Origin: a virus
Lineage: Duplodnaviria; Caudoviricetes
Direction: 5' to 3' (one strand)
IMG/VR virus record: IMGVR_UViG_3300031901_000001
Span: 3,303 to 67,302 of that record
DNA length: 64,000 nt
Shown here: positions 63,660 to 64,000 of the stretch, one piece after another
Numbering within the stretch: the first letter of the stretch is position 1
Layout of the letters: every line of letters begins with the position of its first letter
Made by a program: the position numbers and the translations under genes
Notes under the pieces: model-generated
Seen by the model: the letters and a program-made list of their open reading frames with translations, nothing else
The model's database searches: none
Told to the model about the DNA's origin: nothing

Positions 63660-64000
63660 CATCGAAGAGCGGCAACGACTGGTCGATGAGGCTAGGCGTT
63701 GGCTGGGGACTCCCTATCATCATCGCGGTACACGACTAGGAGTAGGCGTTGATTGCGTCCAGCTGCTCATCCAGTCGTCGCTCGCTGCCGGTTTGATCGA
63801 TGATCCTGAGGCAGCCGGCAAGTATACATGTGACTGGCACCTCCATCGAAGCGAGGAGCGATATTTGGCTGGCCTCGAGAGGTTTGCGGCAAGGATAGAT
63901 GACAGTGAGCTTAAGCTAATTGATAGACCCAAAGACTTCACTGCCAATAAGGGCGACATCTTGATGTGGCGTGTTGGTAGAACCTTCAGCCATAGTGCTA
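63652..64000 (+). CDS. Tail-associated NlpC/P60 peptidase (3'-truncated)
   Basis: TTG start; EARRWLGTPYHH.G..GVDC..GDIL..SH.A; translated by hand. Confidence 0.85.
   Translation, partial: MDNIEERQRLVDEARRWLGTPYHHRGTRLGVGVDCVQLLIQSSLAAGLIDDPEAAGKYTCDWHLHRSEERYLAGLERFAARIDDSELKLIDRPKDFTANKGDILMWRVGRTFSHSA

Noticed and set aside
1-64000. tRNA, rRNA, integrase, intron/intein, CRISPR array
   Set aside because: No T-loop/cloverleaf in the intergenic regions inspected; no recombinase motifs; no intein-like insertions recognised; no regular repeat-spacer array. A tRNAscan/Infernal run would be definitive.

Overview
Most of a lytic, long-tailed dsDNA phage genome (probably ~68-70 kb and circularly permuted; the window starts and ends inside the tail-gene block). 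The host is most likely an alphaproteobacterium, based on RcGTA-like tail genes, a CtrA-like wHTH and an Flp-pilin-like peptide. Layout: tail/fibre genes and holin-endolysin (1-4.6 kb, +); spanins, DnaJ and regulators (4.6-7.5 kb, -); replication/recombination genes (SNF2, VRR-NUC, SSB, AAA_24, Cas4-like exonuclease, UDG-like::PolA; 7.5-14.9 kb, -); a nucleotide-modification cluster (dCMP deaminase, two thymidylate-synthase-fold paralogues with the cytosine-type Asp, HNH, NTP pyrophosphatase, dNMP kinase; 14.8-18.9 kb, -); primase-helicase (19.5-21.4 kb); ~20 kb of small early genes with many sigma70-like promoters around an ~800-nt non-coding region (probable terminus/origin, 29.4-30.3 kb); DNA ligase, MazG and ThyX; then terminase, portal, protease, capsid, connector and tail genes (46.3-64 kb, +). 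No integrase, tRNA or CRISPR array was seen. The strongest novel signals are: (1) a probable cytosine hyper-modification system; (2) DNA that strongly avoids CC/CT (=GG/AG) dinucleotides across the putative first-expressed genes, downstream of early promoters, and in two arrays of ~87-nt periodic blocks; (3) a leaderless Flp-pilin mimic. Family assignments come from motif recognition by eye, not database searches.
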